Source: a virus. From it: a DNA stretch of 64,000 nucleotides. The notes under the pieces are model-generated. The model had not been told where the DNA came from, did no database searches, and was given only the letters and a program-made list of their open reading frames with translations. Each line of letters begins with the position of its first letter. Within the stretch, counting starts at the first letter, position 1. Location: IMG/VR virus record IMGVR_UViG_3300042988_001121, positions 114,210-178,209 of that record. One strand, given 5' to 3'. Position numbers and translations under genes: made by a program. Positions 1 through 8,152 of this stretch are shown here, in pieces.

Positions 1-343
1 AGCATTCAACTGTTACCAATGGGTTCGATGAATCAACTACCTTGCCTTCAGGAACAGCAAAAATAGTGACAGGAAGATAACCACCATAGACAGTAAGAAC
101 TTTCTCCCACATTGCGCGATTGAATGACAGTCCATGAGAAACAAGAATAGTCTCTGCCTCGTCAATGTCTTGTTTCGTAATAGGCTTCAGTAAGTTTTCT
201 TTAATCCATCCCTGTAACCCAAATGGCACAATCTGTTCGTTCTTTTTACGCGCCTGTACGTAAGAAGACATTGCATTGGTTCCCTCGGGATACATCGCGA
301 AGTGACTATTTTTATAACTGTCGGCATCAAGAATAATGTTCAT
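1..343 (-). CDS. nadV: Nicotinamide phosphoribosyltransferase (NAMPT/NadV), 5' part only; runs off the window
   Basis: Not in the ORF track because it has no stop in the window. Read by hand from ATG at 343: MNIILDADSYKNSHFAMYPEGTNAMSSYVQAR...PFGLQGWI...GGYLPVTIFAVPEG...PLVTVE, matching the NAMPT N-terminus (LxTDSYK.SH..YP). SD GGAG upstream. Confidence 0.9.
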   Translation of the reverse strand, partial: MNIILDADSYKNSHFAMYPEGTNAMSSYVQARKKNEQIVPFGLQGWIKENLLKPITKQDIDEAETILVSHGLSFNRAMWEKVLTVYGGYLPVTIFAVPEGKVVDSSNPLVTVEC

Positions 344-359
344 TTTTAACTCCTAAAAA

Positions 360-1352
360 TTACGCCATTGAAACGTATGCAGGAACTGGCGTGACGTTCA
401 GCATCATACTTAAAATGTGTTTGTGATCATCGAACAATGGATAGTTGTTGATTGCATCTTTTACTGATACCCAACGTGTCTCGGCAGCGTCATCACATCC
501 ATTTGCGCGAGGCAATGACCCATCTTTATCCAATTCAATTTTAAACATAACTACCAATGAATTGCGAGGGATACCAATCGATCGTTTCGGATTATCGAAC
601 ATTTTAGTTGAAACGACTGACCCACGAATAACTTTTTCAGGAACTCGGAGATTAGTTTCCTCGAATAGTTCGCGTACCGCACAATCAAAGAATGTCTCGT
701 TACGGTTCTTGAATCCTCCGGGAAGCGCCCATGTACCTGCACCGGGAGCAAATTTACGTTTAATCAGAAGAACATGACCTGCACACAGAACCAATGCATC
801 GGAGCAATTGAAATTCAATGTCTCGGGAAAAGGATAATCAGCAAAAAGTTCTTTTTCCTTCTGATAGAATTTCCAGTCGTCCATTACCGATGAAGGCATA
901 TTATGGTCATTACTCATGAACATGGCAGTTCGTATATCGGTCGCCGAGCGACCATTCATTTGCTGATGAAGACCCTGAAACTTATAACCGGGGAACCAGT
1001 TCAGGTAGTCATTACCTTCTTTCATGTGCCCAAGAATAACAACTTCATCGCCTTCTTGATTATATTCATCGATTGTACGCTGAACATCTGCGATCCACTG
1101 TGTATCCGAATAGAGATAATCATTCAATGGCGCGATTTCTACTTCAATGTCGATTGAATGTGCGAAGTTTCGTATAGTGTTCTTACGTTCCGAGTAAGTC
1201 CAAGGATTTTTGACAGTTCGGGCGCTATTAGCAGAACCGACCAGAATAAGGATGCGATCAACCAAGGTTGATACTTGTTGAATCATTTTCCGATGACCAT
1301 CGTGCAATGGCTGGAAACGACCGATAATAATACCAAGTTTTGCTTTTGACAT
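360..1352 (-). CDS. nadM: Bifunctional NMN adenylyltransferase / Nudix ADP-ribose pyrophosphatase (NadM-Nudix)
   Basis: GRFQPLHDGH HIGH motif, GS...RTVKNPWT, SATDIR, and Nudix box GGFKNRNETFFDCAVRELFEETNL. Confidence 0.95.
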   Translation of the reverse strand: MSKAKLGIIIGRFQPLHDGHRKMIQQVSTLVDRILILVGSANSARTVKNPWTYSERKNTIRNFAHSIDIEVEIAPLNDYLYSDTQWIADVQRTIDEYNQEGDEVVILGHMKEGNDYLNWFPGYKFQGLHQQMNGRSATDIRTAMFMSNDHNMPSSVMDDWKFYQKEKELFADYPFPETLNFNCSDALVLCAGHVLLIKRKFAPGAGTWALPGGFKNRNETFFDCAVRELFEETNLRVPEKVIRGSVVSTKMFDNPKRSIGIPRNSLVVMFKIELDKDGSLPRANGCDDAAETRWVSVKDAINNYPLFDDHKHILSMMLNVTPVPAYVSMA

Positions 1353-1387
1353 TTTAACTCCTAATTTGTCTTGATTTATTTATTGTA

Positions 1388-1933
1388 TCACAGAAACTGA
1401 TTCGGAATTTCACGAGAACCAAATTTTCCTGCCCATGATGCGATGTGTTGCTTTTCTTTTCGATAATAGTTCCAGTAAGACTCGACCGAACTGTTTTTCA
1501 CAACACAGTGCCCCGGCATTGCAGGAGTAGGTTCAGTAAATTTAGCCAGACTAATTTTAGTTGGTGCATTTTTCAGAACATCGTATAGTTCACGACACTT
1601 GTGAATTCTACCATAACGATAAGTGTATTCTTCATTCAGGGCAACGAAAAGTGAGTAAAGCCAATCGTAATTTTCTTTTGATTGTCTTACCCACACGGTG
1701 CTAGGATGATTAACATGAGTTGACTTGTAGACCCTAGAATTACGATGATCAAATAAAACCCATTGCTTTGTTCTTCGACCAGAATCACTCATGACAATTC
1801 TTTCCTCTCCATCAATGACACGATGGGCAGTGGAAAGTAATTGTGCGTACTCTGTGATCATTTTTATGCAATGCTTAGAAACGTGATACCGAGCCGCTTT
1901 GACTGGATCATTGTCAAGGTAGAAGATGTTCAT
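1388..1933 (-). CDS. Pyrimidine-dimer DNA glycosylase / endonuclease V-like family protein
   Basis: MNIFYLD.DP..AA.YH..KH..KMI.EYAQLLSTAHR and THVNHPS..WVR.S..NY.WL motifs. Likely start is MNIFYLD (track start 1948). Confidence 0.75.
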   Translation of the reverse strand: MNIFYLDNDPVKAARYHVSKHCIKMITEYAQLLSTAHRVIDGEERIVMSDSGRRTKQWVLFDHRNSRVYKSTHVNHPSTVWVRQSKENYDWLYSLFVALNEEYTYRYGRIHKCRELYDVLKNAPTKISLAKFTEPTPAMPGHCVVKNSSVESYWNYYRKEKQHIASWAGKFGSREIPNQFL

Positions 1934-2153
1934 GATGCTGTTTTGCAACGGTTTTGTATTTCCGAATTGTTTCCACTAAATCAAATGCTGATTCTAACAA
2001 AGATTCTTTGATGTAGATTGTTGCTTGACCACCACGAACATCATCTGCCTCGTTAATTATTCGTTTGAGCAGGTGATATAGATTGTCGCGTTGATGCAGG
2101 ATGGTTTCGTAGTCAACCATGCCACTATCACGGGTATCAACATTTGAATTCAT
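1914..2153 (-). CDS. Hypothetical protein
   Basis: Track ORF trimmed to MNSNVD, which abuts the upstream stop. Confidence 0.55.
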   Translation of the reverse strand: MNSNVDTRDSGMVDYETILHQRDNLYHLLKRIINEADDVRGGQATIYIKESLLESAFDLVETIRKYKTVAKQHHEHLLP

Positions 2154-2154
2154 G

Positions 2155-2355
2155 TTAAACCTTTCCTGCGTAGTCGGCACGCATGTACCAATCAGGTGCA
2201 ACATCTTGGTTGTTTCTTGAATTGTATTGCCGACAGAATTGCCGGGCAGATTCTTCGCTATCGAAGTATTTTACTTCGTCAACTTTCTGACCCCAACCAC
2301 GCTCTGACTCAATTATTTCTACTTTGTAGATGTTTCCGATTTTGATTTCTGCCAT
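2155..2355 (-). CDS. Hypothetical early protein
   Basis: Follows the repeated promoter/leader with SD GGAG. Confidence 0.75.
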   Translation of the reverse strand: MAEIKIGNIYKVEIIESERGWGQKVDEVKYFDSEESARQFCRQYNSRNNQDVAPDWYMRADYAGKV

Positions 2356-2361
2356 GATTAA

Positions 2362-2414
2362 CTCCTGTTTTGTTGAATCAATTATAACACAGGAAAAATT
2401 ACGTGTAGATTATT
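2362..2414 (-). promoter_or_regulatory. Early sigma70-type promoter and leader module
   Basis: Minus strand: AATAATCTACAC, -35 TCTACA (2409-2404), 17-nt spacer, TGTGT-TATAAT (2386-2381), then leader TTCAACAAAACAGGAG. Confidence 0.8.
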
Positions 2415-2606
2415 TTATTCAAACTTCTCACTTGGGTTGTATCTTCGCTTCATTCTCCAAAAAGTTCTCATCATGCAGCATGCAGGCGTTCTGTGCTGGC
2501 TTTGTGTGCCAATATGCAACCGTCCGTTATAAAACTTGCAAAATGGCTTTGGTTTTGGCAGCTTTTGCAGTAGATTGCTGGCGTATCGTTCATAAGCTGG
2601 CGTCAT
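2415..2606 (-). CDS. Hypothetical protein
   Basis: ATGA-coupled to the upstream HTH gene; 63 aa. Confidence 0.5.
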   Translation of the reverse strand: MTPAYERYASNLLQKLPKPKPFCKFYNGRLHIGTQSQHRTPACCMMRTFWRMKRRYNPSEKFE

Positions 2607-2860
2607 TTACTTTCCTTCAAAACCTCGTTGATTTCCTCGATACCTTTGTCGCCCATGCACTGAAAAAGGCACATTGCAGGGACTCCGTACTCAAAGCATT
2701 TGCTGGCTTGCGATAAGGTCAACCCTCTTTTGCCGTGTACAAATTCGCTGTAATGGCTCTGTGATATTCCAATGACCTTTGCCCATTGCCGCTGTGTAAG
2801 CATGTATTGGTCACGTCTGAATTCCACTGCGTCGATGATTGATGGTAGCCCCACATTCAT
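2603..2860 (-). CDS. XRE/Cro-family helix-turn-helix protein
   Basis: RRDQYMLTQRQWAKVIGISQSHYSEFVHGKRGLT is a typical HTH_3 pattern. Confidence 0.8.
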   Translation of the reverse strand: MNVGLPSIIDAVEFRRDQYMLTQRQWAKVIGISQSHYSEFVHGKRGLTLSQASKCFEYGVPAMCLFQCMGDKGIEEINEVLKESK

Positions 2861-3171
2861 CCTCCAGTCGCTTTTGCAATTACCACTGCTAGACCTTTAC
2901 CTTGAATGAGCCAAGTAAATTCTTCGATAGGTATCACTGCGTCTGTGCTGTTTGCCCACCTATCAAAGTCAGCACTCGGACAAGACACATCAACATCCCA
3001 TGTAGTCCCAAAATGAAACCGAAAAAGCCTGCTACCTTTTTTGGCGATGCAGCACCCTTTCCCATAAAAGTCTCTTGATACTTTAAATCCATGTCTTTTT
3101 AGGAATGTCTTAAACGCTGCTCGCTTTTTAAATTTAGGGTGAGAGAACGTCCACTTGATTCTTCTCATCAA
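2857..3171 (-). CDS. Hypothetical protein
   Basis: Coupled ORF; ends VIAKATGG, the same tail as neighbouring cassette genes. Confidence 0.65.
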   Translation of the reverse strand: MMRRIKWTFSHPKFKKRAAFKTFLKRHGFKVSRDFYGKGCCIAKKGSRLFRFHFGTTWDVDVSCPSADFDRWANSTDAVIPIEEFTWLIQGKGLAVVIAKATGG

Positions 3172-3461
3172 GACTCTCCAGTCGCTTTTGCGATTGCTGC
3201 ACGAGCCATAAACGCAAAATGGTTTATTGTTGTGGTGCTGTACGTAACTGCACCATCAGTCGAAGACTGTTCGACATGAACGTAGTCAGAAAAAGATTTA
3301 AGCGCCTCCAGTAAATCAGGTGCTGCTGCAATTAGTCGTGCATTGGCTGGTGATGGGTCTGTCACAAAGTCGCAGATAAACTTCTCGTCTGCACCAAAAA
3401 GGTATCCGACCTCATACTCGCAATCAGGCACAAATTTCCAAGGTGCTGGTGTGTGGCTCAT
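3168..3461 (-). CDS. Phage MSHTPGPW...ANARLIAAAP-family protein, copy 1
   Basis: Real start MSHTPAPW at 3461 after a GGAGAAATGAAATG junction; contains ANARLIAAAPDLLEAL. Confidence 0.8.
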   Translation of the reverse strand: MSHTPAPWKFVPDCEYEVGYLFGADEKFICDFVTDPSPANARLIAAAPDLLEALKSFSDYVHVEQSSTDGAVTYSTTTINHFAFMARAAIAKATGES

Positions 3462-3598
3462 TTCATTTCTCCACGTATCTTGTTGTAAATCTCGTCGGCA
3501 GTCGAGCCTCTTTCCTCGCAATGACTTATAAATTCAGTCCAATTTGCACCAAGAAAATCCAGTAGTACATTTATCTCAAATTCATCCAATTCAGTCAT
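3458..3598 (-). CDS. Small hypothetical protein (46 aa), not in the track
   Basis: MTELDEFEINVLLDFLGANWTEFISHCEERGSTADEIYNKIRGEMK*, with SD/ATGA junctions at both ends. Confidence 0.65.
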   Translation of the reverse strand: MTELDEFEINVLLDFLGANWTEFISHCEERGSTADEIYNKIRGEMK

Positions 3599-3624
3599 TT
3601 CATTTCTCCGTCAGAATGTGTGGC

Positions 3625-3831
3625 TCATAATTCCACCCCGCACATAGGGCAGTATGTGGCGAAGACTTGCACTGCATTTGACCTTGCTTTTGGATGCACC
3701 TTGCACGTAGCCAGCAATATGCGCTCTTTGTCATCGCTACCTAGACTAATTGTGTCCATCAATCTAGTGTTATATGGTTTTAAAAGCTCATTGAGCTTTG
3801 CTACACAGTCGTGTTTTGTTTCTGCTGTCAT
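3625..3831 (-). CDS. Small Cys-containing protein (MTAETKHDC...YCPMCG), copy 1
   Basis: Paralogue of 4483..4683; HDC plus CPMC suggests zinc binding. Confidence 0.75.
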   Translation of the reverse strand: MTAETKHDCVAKLNELLKPYNTRLMDTISLGSDDKERILLATCKVHPKARSNAVQVFATYCPMCGVEL

Positions 3832-4082
3832 TTCATGTCTCTTTCAGACTCTTTGATAACGGCTTCCATTTGCACGAAGGCTCTCAAATACCCTTCAGCC
3901 TCAATCATTCCGGCTGAAAGACCTTGCTGCTTATAGTCATCATATAAAGCGCGAGCATTTTCAACGCCACTTAAAATGTCATGTTTAATCCACTCATAGG
4001 ACTCAATCGTTTTCTTTGCTTTTTCCAGCAAAGGAGGCTCTTTGTAATACGTGATGCCGTTAACTGTTATTGAGTTACTCAT
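3828..4082 (-). CDS. Hypothetical protein
   Basis: Coupled cassette gene ending ERDMK. Confidence 0.7.
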   Translation of the reverse strand: MSNSITVNGITYYKEPPLLEKAKKTIESYEWIKHDILSGVENARALYDDYKQQGLSAGMIEAEGYLRAFVQMEAVIKESERDMK

Positions 4083-4486
4083 TTCATTTCTCCAGTCGCT
4101 TTTGTGATTGCTGCGCGTAATGTTTTAATGGCGTCTAAATCTTGTTCGTCTGCTCCGAAAAACTCGCCATATGAGTTCAATCTAGATAGAGCAAGCATTG
4201 CCGCCTCTAGCAACTCAGGTGCTGCTGCAATTAAGCGTGCATTGGCAAGAGCTGTCTCTTTGTGCTTTTCTTCGTCATCATCGAAGTCATAGCAATCCGT
4301 ATCAATGTCGCATATATGTGCTGTATGTCCTTTGAGATGGCTTCGTGTGCATTCGCGCGGATTTCCGGCATAAACGCCATGCTGACTTTCATATAGCAGC
4401 TTATTGGTTATTTCATCTGATGAGAGAAGTTCTCGCTGCATCGCTAATTCCTTCCAGATATACCAAGGCCCAGGTGTGTGGCTCAT
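4079..4486 (-). CDS. Phage MSHTPGPW...ANARLIAAAP-family protein, copy 2
   Basis: MSHTPGPWY...LANARLIAAAPELLEAA...AAITKATGEMK. Confidence 0.8.
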   Translation of the reverse strand: MSHTPGPWYIWKELAMQRELLSSDEITNKLLYESQHGVYAGNPRECTRSHLKGHTAHICDIDTDCYDFDDDEEKHKETALANARLIAAAPELLEAAMLALSRLNSYGEFFGADEQDLDAIKTLRAAITKATGEMK

Positions 4487-4683
4487 AATTTCACCCCGCA
4501 CATAGGGCAGTAAGTGGCGAAGAATATTACGGGCTTTTTCTTAATGGCTGAATCCGCTTTTTCCGTAGTAACCGCAATTCGATCTCTGCCATCCATAGTG
4601 ATGAAAGATGTCAATCGCGTGTTGTGCTTTTTAAGTAATTCATTGATGCGCTCTACGCAGTCGTGTTTTGTTTCTGCTGTCAT
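4483..4683 (-). CDS. Small Cys-containing protein (MTAETKHDC...YCPMCG), copy 2
   Basis: Paralogue of 3625..3831 with near-identical DNA at both ends. Confidence 0.75.
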   Translation of the reverse strand: MTAETKHDCVERINELLKKHNTRLTSFITMDGRDRIAVTTEKADSAIKKKPVIFFATYCPMCGVKL

Positions 4684-4883
4684 TTCATTTCTCCTTTGGG
4701 TACGCAAACCATCTTCAACCCTTTTGCCAATTTTTTGGCTTCAATTGACGCAAATTGGCATGCTTTGAGCGAGTCGAATTCCTGCGTAGTAATGGCGTAT
4801 GACCTGTATGTGCTTGGGTATGCTGCGGCGTCCGTCTGTCCTGCGGATACCGCCCAAGACATAATGAGAATCCATGCTGTCAT
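4680..4883 (-). CDS. Small, possibly secreted or membrane hypothetical protein
   Basis: MTAWILIMSWAVSAG...CQFAS...MVCVPKGEMK; hydrophobic N-terminus and two Cys. Confidence 0.65.
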   Translation of the reverse strand: MTAWILIMSWAVSAGQTDAAAYPSTYRSYAITTQEFDSLKACQFASIEAKKLAKGLKMVCVPKGEMK

Positions 4884-4906
4884 TTCATTTCTCCTTATTA
4901 ATAGTT

Positions 4907-5050
4907 GATGGTGGCAGGCGCTGATCTCCTGCATGACCTTTTAGCCGTTTATGACCGCTTACAAAAAGGACGGTATTACGCAAGACAAGGTAGCTACTCC
5001 CTGCGTAGTCAAACTTTTGTCCCTGTGCATCAGCCTGCACATTCACCATC
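4907..5050 (-). ncRNA. C4 antisense RNA-like structured RNA
   Basis: Minus strand GATGGTGAATGTGCAGGCTGATGCAC ... GCAGGAGATCAGCGCCTGCCACCATC. Closing stem GATGGTG/CACCATC, complementary loops GCTGAT/ATCAGC and internal hairpins match the C4 consensus as I recall it. Confidence 0.65.
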
Positions 5051-5168
5051 AGGTGTGATGACTGCTTACTTTCTCCGCGTTTTTGTGTGATTCGAGTACG
5101 ACCACCGCATCACAGATTTCGACCAGTCATCACGCCTGATAGCCCTCGCCGGAGCGAGGACGTATTAC

Positions 5169-5555
5169 TTATTCCTGCTTAATCGGACACATGGCTTTGC
5201 CCCATGCAATGGCGTCTTCTTTGGTGAGGAAAAAAAGTCCGCGCTTCTGGTGTTGTTTGTCACAGCAGTCATCTATCCAATGGGTCATATCGTAGAAACT
5301 AGGTAAACCCGTTGATGGGTAGTAATATGTTTGAGCCATCTCTAGCTTCCCCATATAAGGCGCTGGCAATTCAAAGCCGTTGAAGGTGATGGTTTCTGGC
5401 TTGACTCGATAGTGTTCTTTTCTGTACATCACGTTAGATACCTGATATAGCACTGTGGGCCAGTCTTCATTTATCCAATCACCTTCGCCGTCTTGCCACT
5501 GAATCTGTTTTCCATCTGCAATAGCTTGCAGGATTTCTGCGTATTGGTGTTTCAT
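5169..5555 (-). CDS. Conserved phage hypothetical protein
   Basis: MKHQYAEILQAIADGKQIQW...YRVKPETITFNGFELPAP; first gene after the promoter module. Confidence 0.8.
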   Translation of the reverse strand: MKHQYAEILQAIADGKQIQWQDGEGDWINEDWPTVLYQVSNVMYRKEHYRVKPETITFNGFELPAPYMGKLEMAQTYYYPSTGLPSFYDMTHWIDDCCDKQHQKRGLFFLTKEDAIAWGKAMCPIKQE

Positions 5556-5560
5556 ACCAT

Positions 5561-5614
5561 CTCCTGTTTTGTTGAATCAATTATAACACAAGTAAAGGTT
5601 ATGTGTAGATTATT
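5561..5614 (-). promoter_or_regulatory. Early promoter and leader module, copy 2
   Basis: 30 bp identical to 2362-2391; TCTACA-N18-TATAAT. Confidence 0.8.
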
Positions 5615-5669
5615 TTACGACAAATCTTCTAAAGTAAATTTCTTGTCGTTCACAAATTTCCTTCACGGT

Positions 5670-6251
5670 TCACTTATCGATGCCGAGTGCAATCAATTCT
5701 TCTTTTGTCAACTTTGCTTTAGCAGAAGCGATGAGAGATGTACGATCCGCTTCTTCGATGGCTGCTTTAAGAATGTGAACAATCTTTTTAAGGTCAACAT
5801 CATGAATAGTCGCCTTCTTTTCCTCAACTTCCTTCATCAATTCTTTACAGTAATCATAATTACATTCGTTTGAAGGAACATCAACTACTTTCTTTCTTTT
5901 CTTCGAGGCTTTCTTTATTTCAGTCACAATTTCCACCAAGGGGTGCATAGAGACTTCAAAATTTTCAAAATCGGAACTTGATGACGTTGAACTGTCATAA
6001 GTGTAGTGGCAAGGTGTTCCTTGGTGATACTGATAATTGCCGCCTTTATATCCAGTAAATGTATCGATCAATGCACACTCAACGTGCTTAATGGATTCAT
6101 CGATAGTCACTTCATCAAAATTAAATGCGACTTCATAATAATACCCTCGGTGGCTGTGAGGGTTAACAGGCAGATCACTCACCCAACTTCCACCATAACC
6201 GGGAGCAGATTTGATGGTTTTGAGAATTCGAAGAACTTCACCTAATTTCAC
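5670..6251 (-). CDS. Hypothetical early protein
   Basis: 193-aa ORF with a non-ATG start directly after the leader SD GGAG. Confidence 0.75.
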   Translation of the reverse strand: MKLGEVLRILKTIKSAPGYGGSWVSDLPVNPHSHRGYYYEVAFNFDEVTIDESIKHVECALIDTFTGYKGGNYQYHQGTPCHYTYDSSTSSSSDFENFEVSMHPLVEIVTEIKKASKKRKKVVDVPSNECNYDYCKELMKEVEEKKATIHDVDLKKIVHILKAAIEEADRTSLIASAKAKLTKEELIALGIDK

Positions 6252-6256
6252 AACAA

Positions 6257-6309
6257 CTCCTGTTTTGTTGAATCTATTGTAACACAGACAAACTTATGTG
6301 TAGATTATT
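6257..6309 (-). promoter_or_regulatory. Early promoter and leader module, copy 3
   Basis: TCTACA (6304-6299)-N17-TACAAT (6281-6276); two mismatches to copies 1 and 2. Confidence 0.8.
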
Positions 6310-6316
6310 CGGGTTC

Positions 6317-6892
6317 TTATTTCGTCAACTCAGTTATGTCCGTGAATCTACGCGAAACATAACCACAGTTCTTTGTGTAATGTTTATCATTAGCAATTCG
6401 CTTAAACACATCAATTGCCTTTTCATCACGACTGCATGGAAACGATTCTCCGCACGTTCCGCCTTTCCATGAACCTTTATCCTCCCCTATCTCGTGATTA
6501 TAAAGCACCTCTAGGTTGATATAGATTTTCTTTTTCAAGAACAAACGAAGGAATTTGAACAGTCCTGTTCCTCGTCTGTATTCGGCATAAGTCTTGTGGC
6601 ACTGCGCCTCGATGATGGTTCCATCAAAGTCACGGAACTGGATGACAGTTTTCTTTACTGCGTTCCTTGCAGCTTCCAGCGACTTAAAATCAATTCTACC
6701 GTTCGGAAGATCACTCACATTCGCAAACTGGCTACCATCTTCATTCAGAATCAGACACTTAGTACGATCTTCTTCGACCCACGGAAACTGTTTACACCAA
6801 GATTTCGATCCTTCCTTGCCGCCCCAACTACCATTTTGAATTCCGTAACGTATGTGGATGTAGTTGTCATAAAGGGTCAACGAGTATCGCAT
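6317..6892 (-). CDS. Conserved phage hypothetical protein, possibly the 3' part of a gene interrupted by tnpB
   Basis: Contains a KGSWKGGT motif; weak SD; ATG directly preceded by an in-frame TAG at the insertion edge. Confidence 0.65.
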   Translation of the reverse strand: MRYSLTLYDNYIHIRYGIQNGSWGGKEGSKSWCKQFPWVEEDRTKCLILNEDGSQFANVSDLPNGRIDFKSLEAARNAVKKTVIQFRDFDGTIIEAQCHKTYAEYRRGTGLFKFLRLFLKKKIYINLEVLYNHEIGEDKGSWKGGTCGESFPCSRDEKAIDVFKRIANDKHYTKNCGYVSRRFTDITELTK

Positions 6893-6907
6893 CTAAATAT
6901 GTCTTTC

Positions 6908-6915
6908 TATAAATA
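6908..6915 (+). promoter_or_regulatory. T4-type late promoter upstream of tnpB
   Basis: TATAAATA about 35 nt before the tnpB ATG, followed by an A-rich unstructured leader. Confidence 0.6.
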
Positions 6916-6949
6916 ACAAAAACAATTTAACAAAAATTATACACAATAA

Positions 6950-8152
6950 ATGCAACACAAGGCATATAAGTTTAGACTGTACCCAACGAAAGTTCAAGAA
7001 GCTCTCTTGAACCAAACTTTTGGGTGCGTTCGTTTCTTATGGAACCAACATGTTGCTGCTTTCAATAGTTTTTCTTCCTTCGGTCCAAACAAAATTGTAA
7101 CATCAAAACTATTGAAGGACACAGAAGAATTTTCTTGGTTGAATTCTGTTTCTGCGGCTGCTCTGCAACAAAAAGATAACGATTTTTCTGAATTTAAGAA
7201 GCAGTTTTTCTCCAAAACACGTAAAAAGAAAATTGAGCGCCCTAAATTCAAAAAGAAAGGACAGAAAGACTCTTATCGTCTTCCTAATCAAAAGTTTACT
7301 TTGGACCAAGAAACAAAAAGAATTCGACTCGAAAAAATTGGTAAAGTGAAAATAGTTTTAGACAAAACAATACCAGAAGGCGCTAAGTTTTTATCGGTAA
7401 CAATAACAAAAAATCAAACCGGTGAGTATTACGCATCTGTTTTGGTTGAACAAGAAATAAGATGTAAGGAAACAACAGGAAATAGTATTGGTATAGACCT
7501 CGGGTTTATTGATTTGATGACTCTATCAAATGGAATGGTTATACGCAACCCAAGGTGGTTTCGTAAAAATCAAGCGAAGCTAAAAAGAAAACAAAAATCA
7601 TTAAGTAGAAAAAAGATAGGCTCTCGTAGGAGAGAAAAACAAAGAATTGTTGTTGCAAAACAGCATCTAAAAGTTGCTCGACAGCGAGAATGGTATCATC
7701 ATCAAATTTCATCGTGGTTGGTTAATAATTTTGACACTATTTGTATGGAAGACTTGAATTTGAATGGAATGAAAAAATTTCTAGGAAAATCTGTCAATGA
7801 TGCCGGTCTTTCTAATCTAATGAATAAAATTGAGTATAAATCTAAGTGGTACGGAAGAACCTTCCATAAAGTGGATAGATTCTTTGCATCCTCAAAAACA
7901 TGTTCTTCTTGTGGCAATAAAACAGCGTTTGGTATGGATGTGCGAGAATGGACATGTCAGGCGTGTGGTACATTCCACGACAGAGATTTGAATGCATCAA
8001 TAAACATTTTGAAAAAAGGTCTTAGTGACCTTTATCAATATACTTCGGCTGAGTTAACCGAAGTCATTGAACGTGGAGAAGTCGTAAGACCTAGATTGGG
8101 TGAAATTCATCCAATGGTGGCTACTTCTATGAAGCGTTTAGCGAAACTGTAA
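6950..8152 (+). CDS. tnpB: TnpB RNA-guided endonuclease (IS605 OrfB family)
   Basis: KAYKFRLYPT HTH, RuvC-I GIDLG, RuvC-II ICMEDL, zinc ribbon SKTCSSCG...WTCQACG, RuvC-III HDRDLNASINI. The D-E-D triad is intact. Confidence 0.96.
   Translation: MQHKAYKFRLYPTKVQEALLNQTFGCVRFLWNQHVAAFNSFSSFGPNKIVTSKLLKDTEEFSWLNSVSAAALQQKDNDFSEFKKQFFSKTRKKKIERPKFKKKGQKDSYRLPNQKFTLDQETKRIRLEKIGKVKIVLDKTIPEGAKFLSVTITKNQTGEYYASVLVEQEIRCKETTGNSIGIDLGFIDLMTLSNGMVIRNPRWFRKNQAKLKRKQKSLSRKKIGSRRREKQRIVVAKQHLKVARQREWYHHQISSWLVNNFDTICMEDLNLNGMKKFLGKSVNDAGLSNLMNKIEYKSKWYGRTFHKVDRFFASSKTCSSCGNKTAFGMDVREWTCQACGTFHDRDLNASINILKKGLSDLYQYTSAELTEVIERGEVVRPRLGEIHPMVATSMKRLAKL

Larger units (their letters stand above)
3458..4894 (-). 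repeat. Repeated gene-junction motif GGAGAAATGAAATGA
   Basis: Plus-strand TCATTTCATTTCTCC at 3458, 3595, 4079, 4680 and 4880, plus a variant at 3828. It encodes G-E-M-K-stop, an SD and the next ATG. Confidence 0.9.

Noticed and set aside
3458-4894. 15-bp repeats as a CRISPR or attC array
   Set aside because: Spacing is irregular, the spacers are whole genes, the repeat is non-palindromic and no integrase is present. Kept as a junction motif.
5144-5159. Rho-independent terminator after the 128-aa gene
   Set aside because: Hairpin present but no following U-tract on the minus strand.
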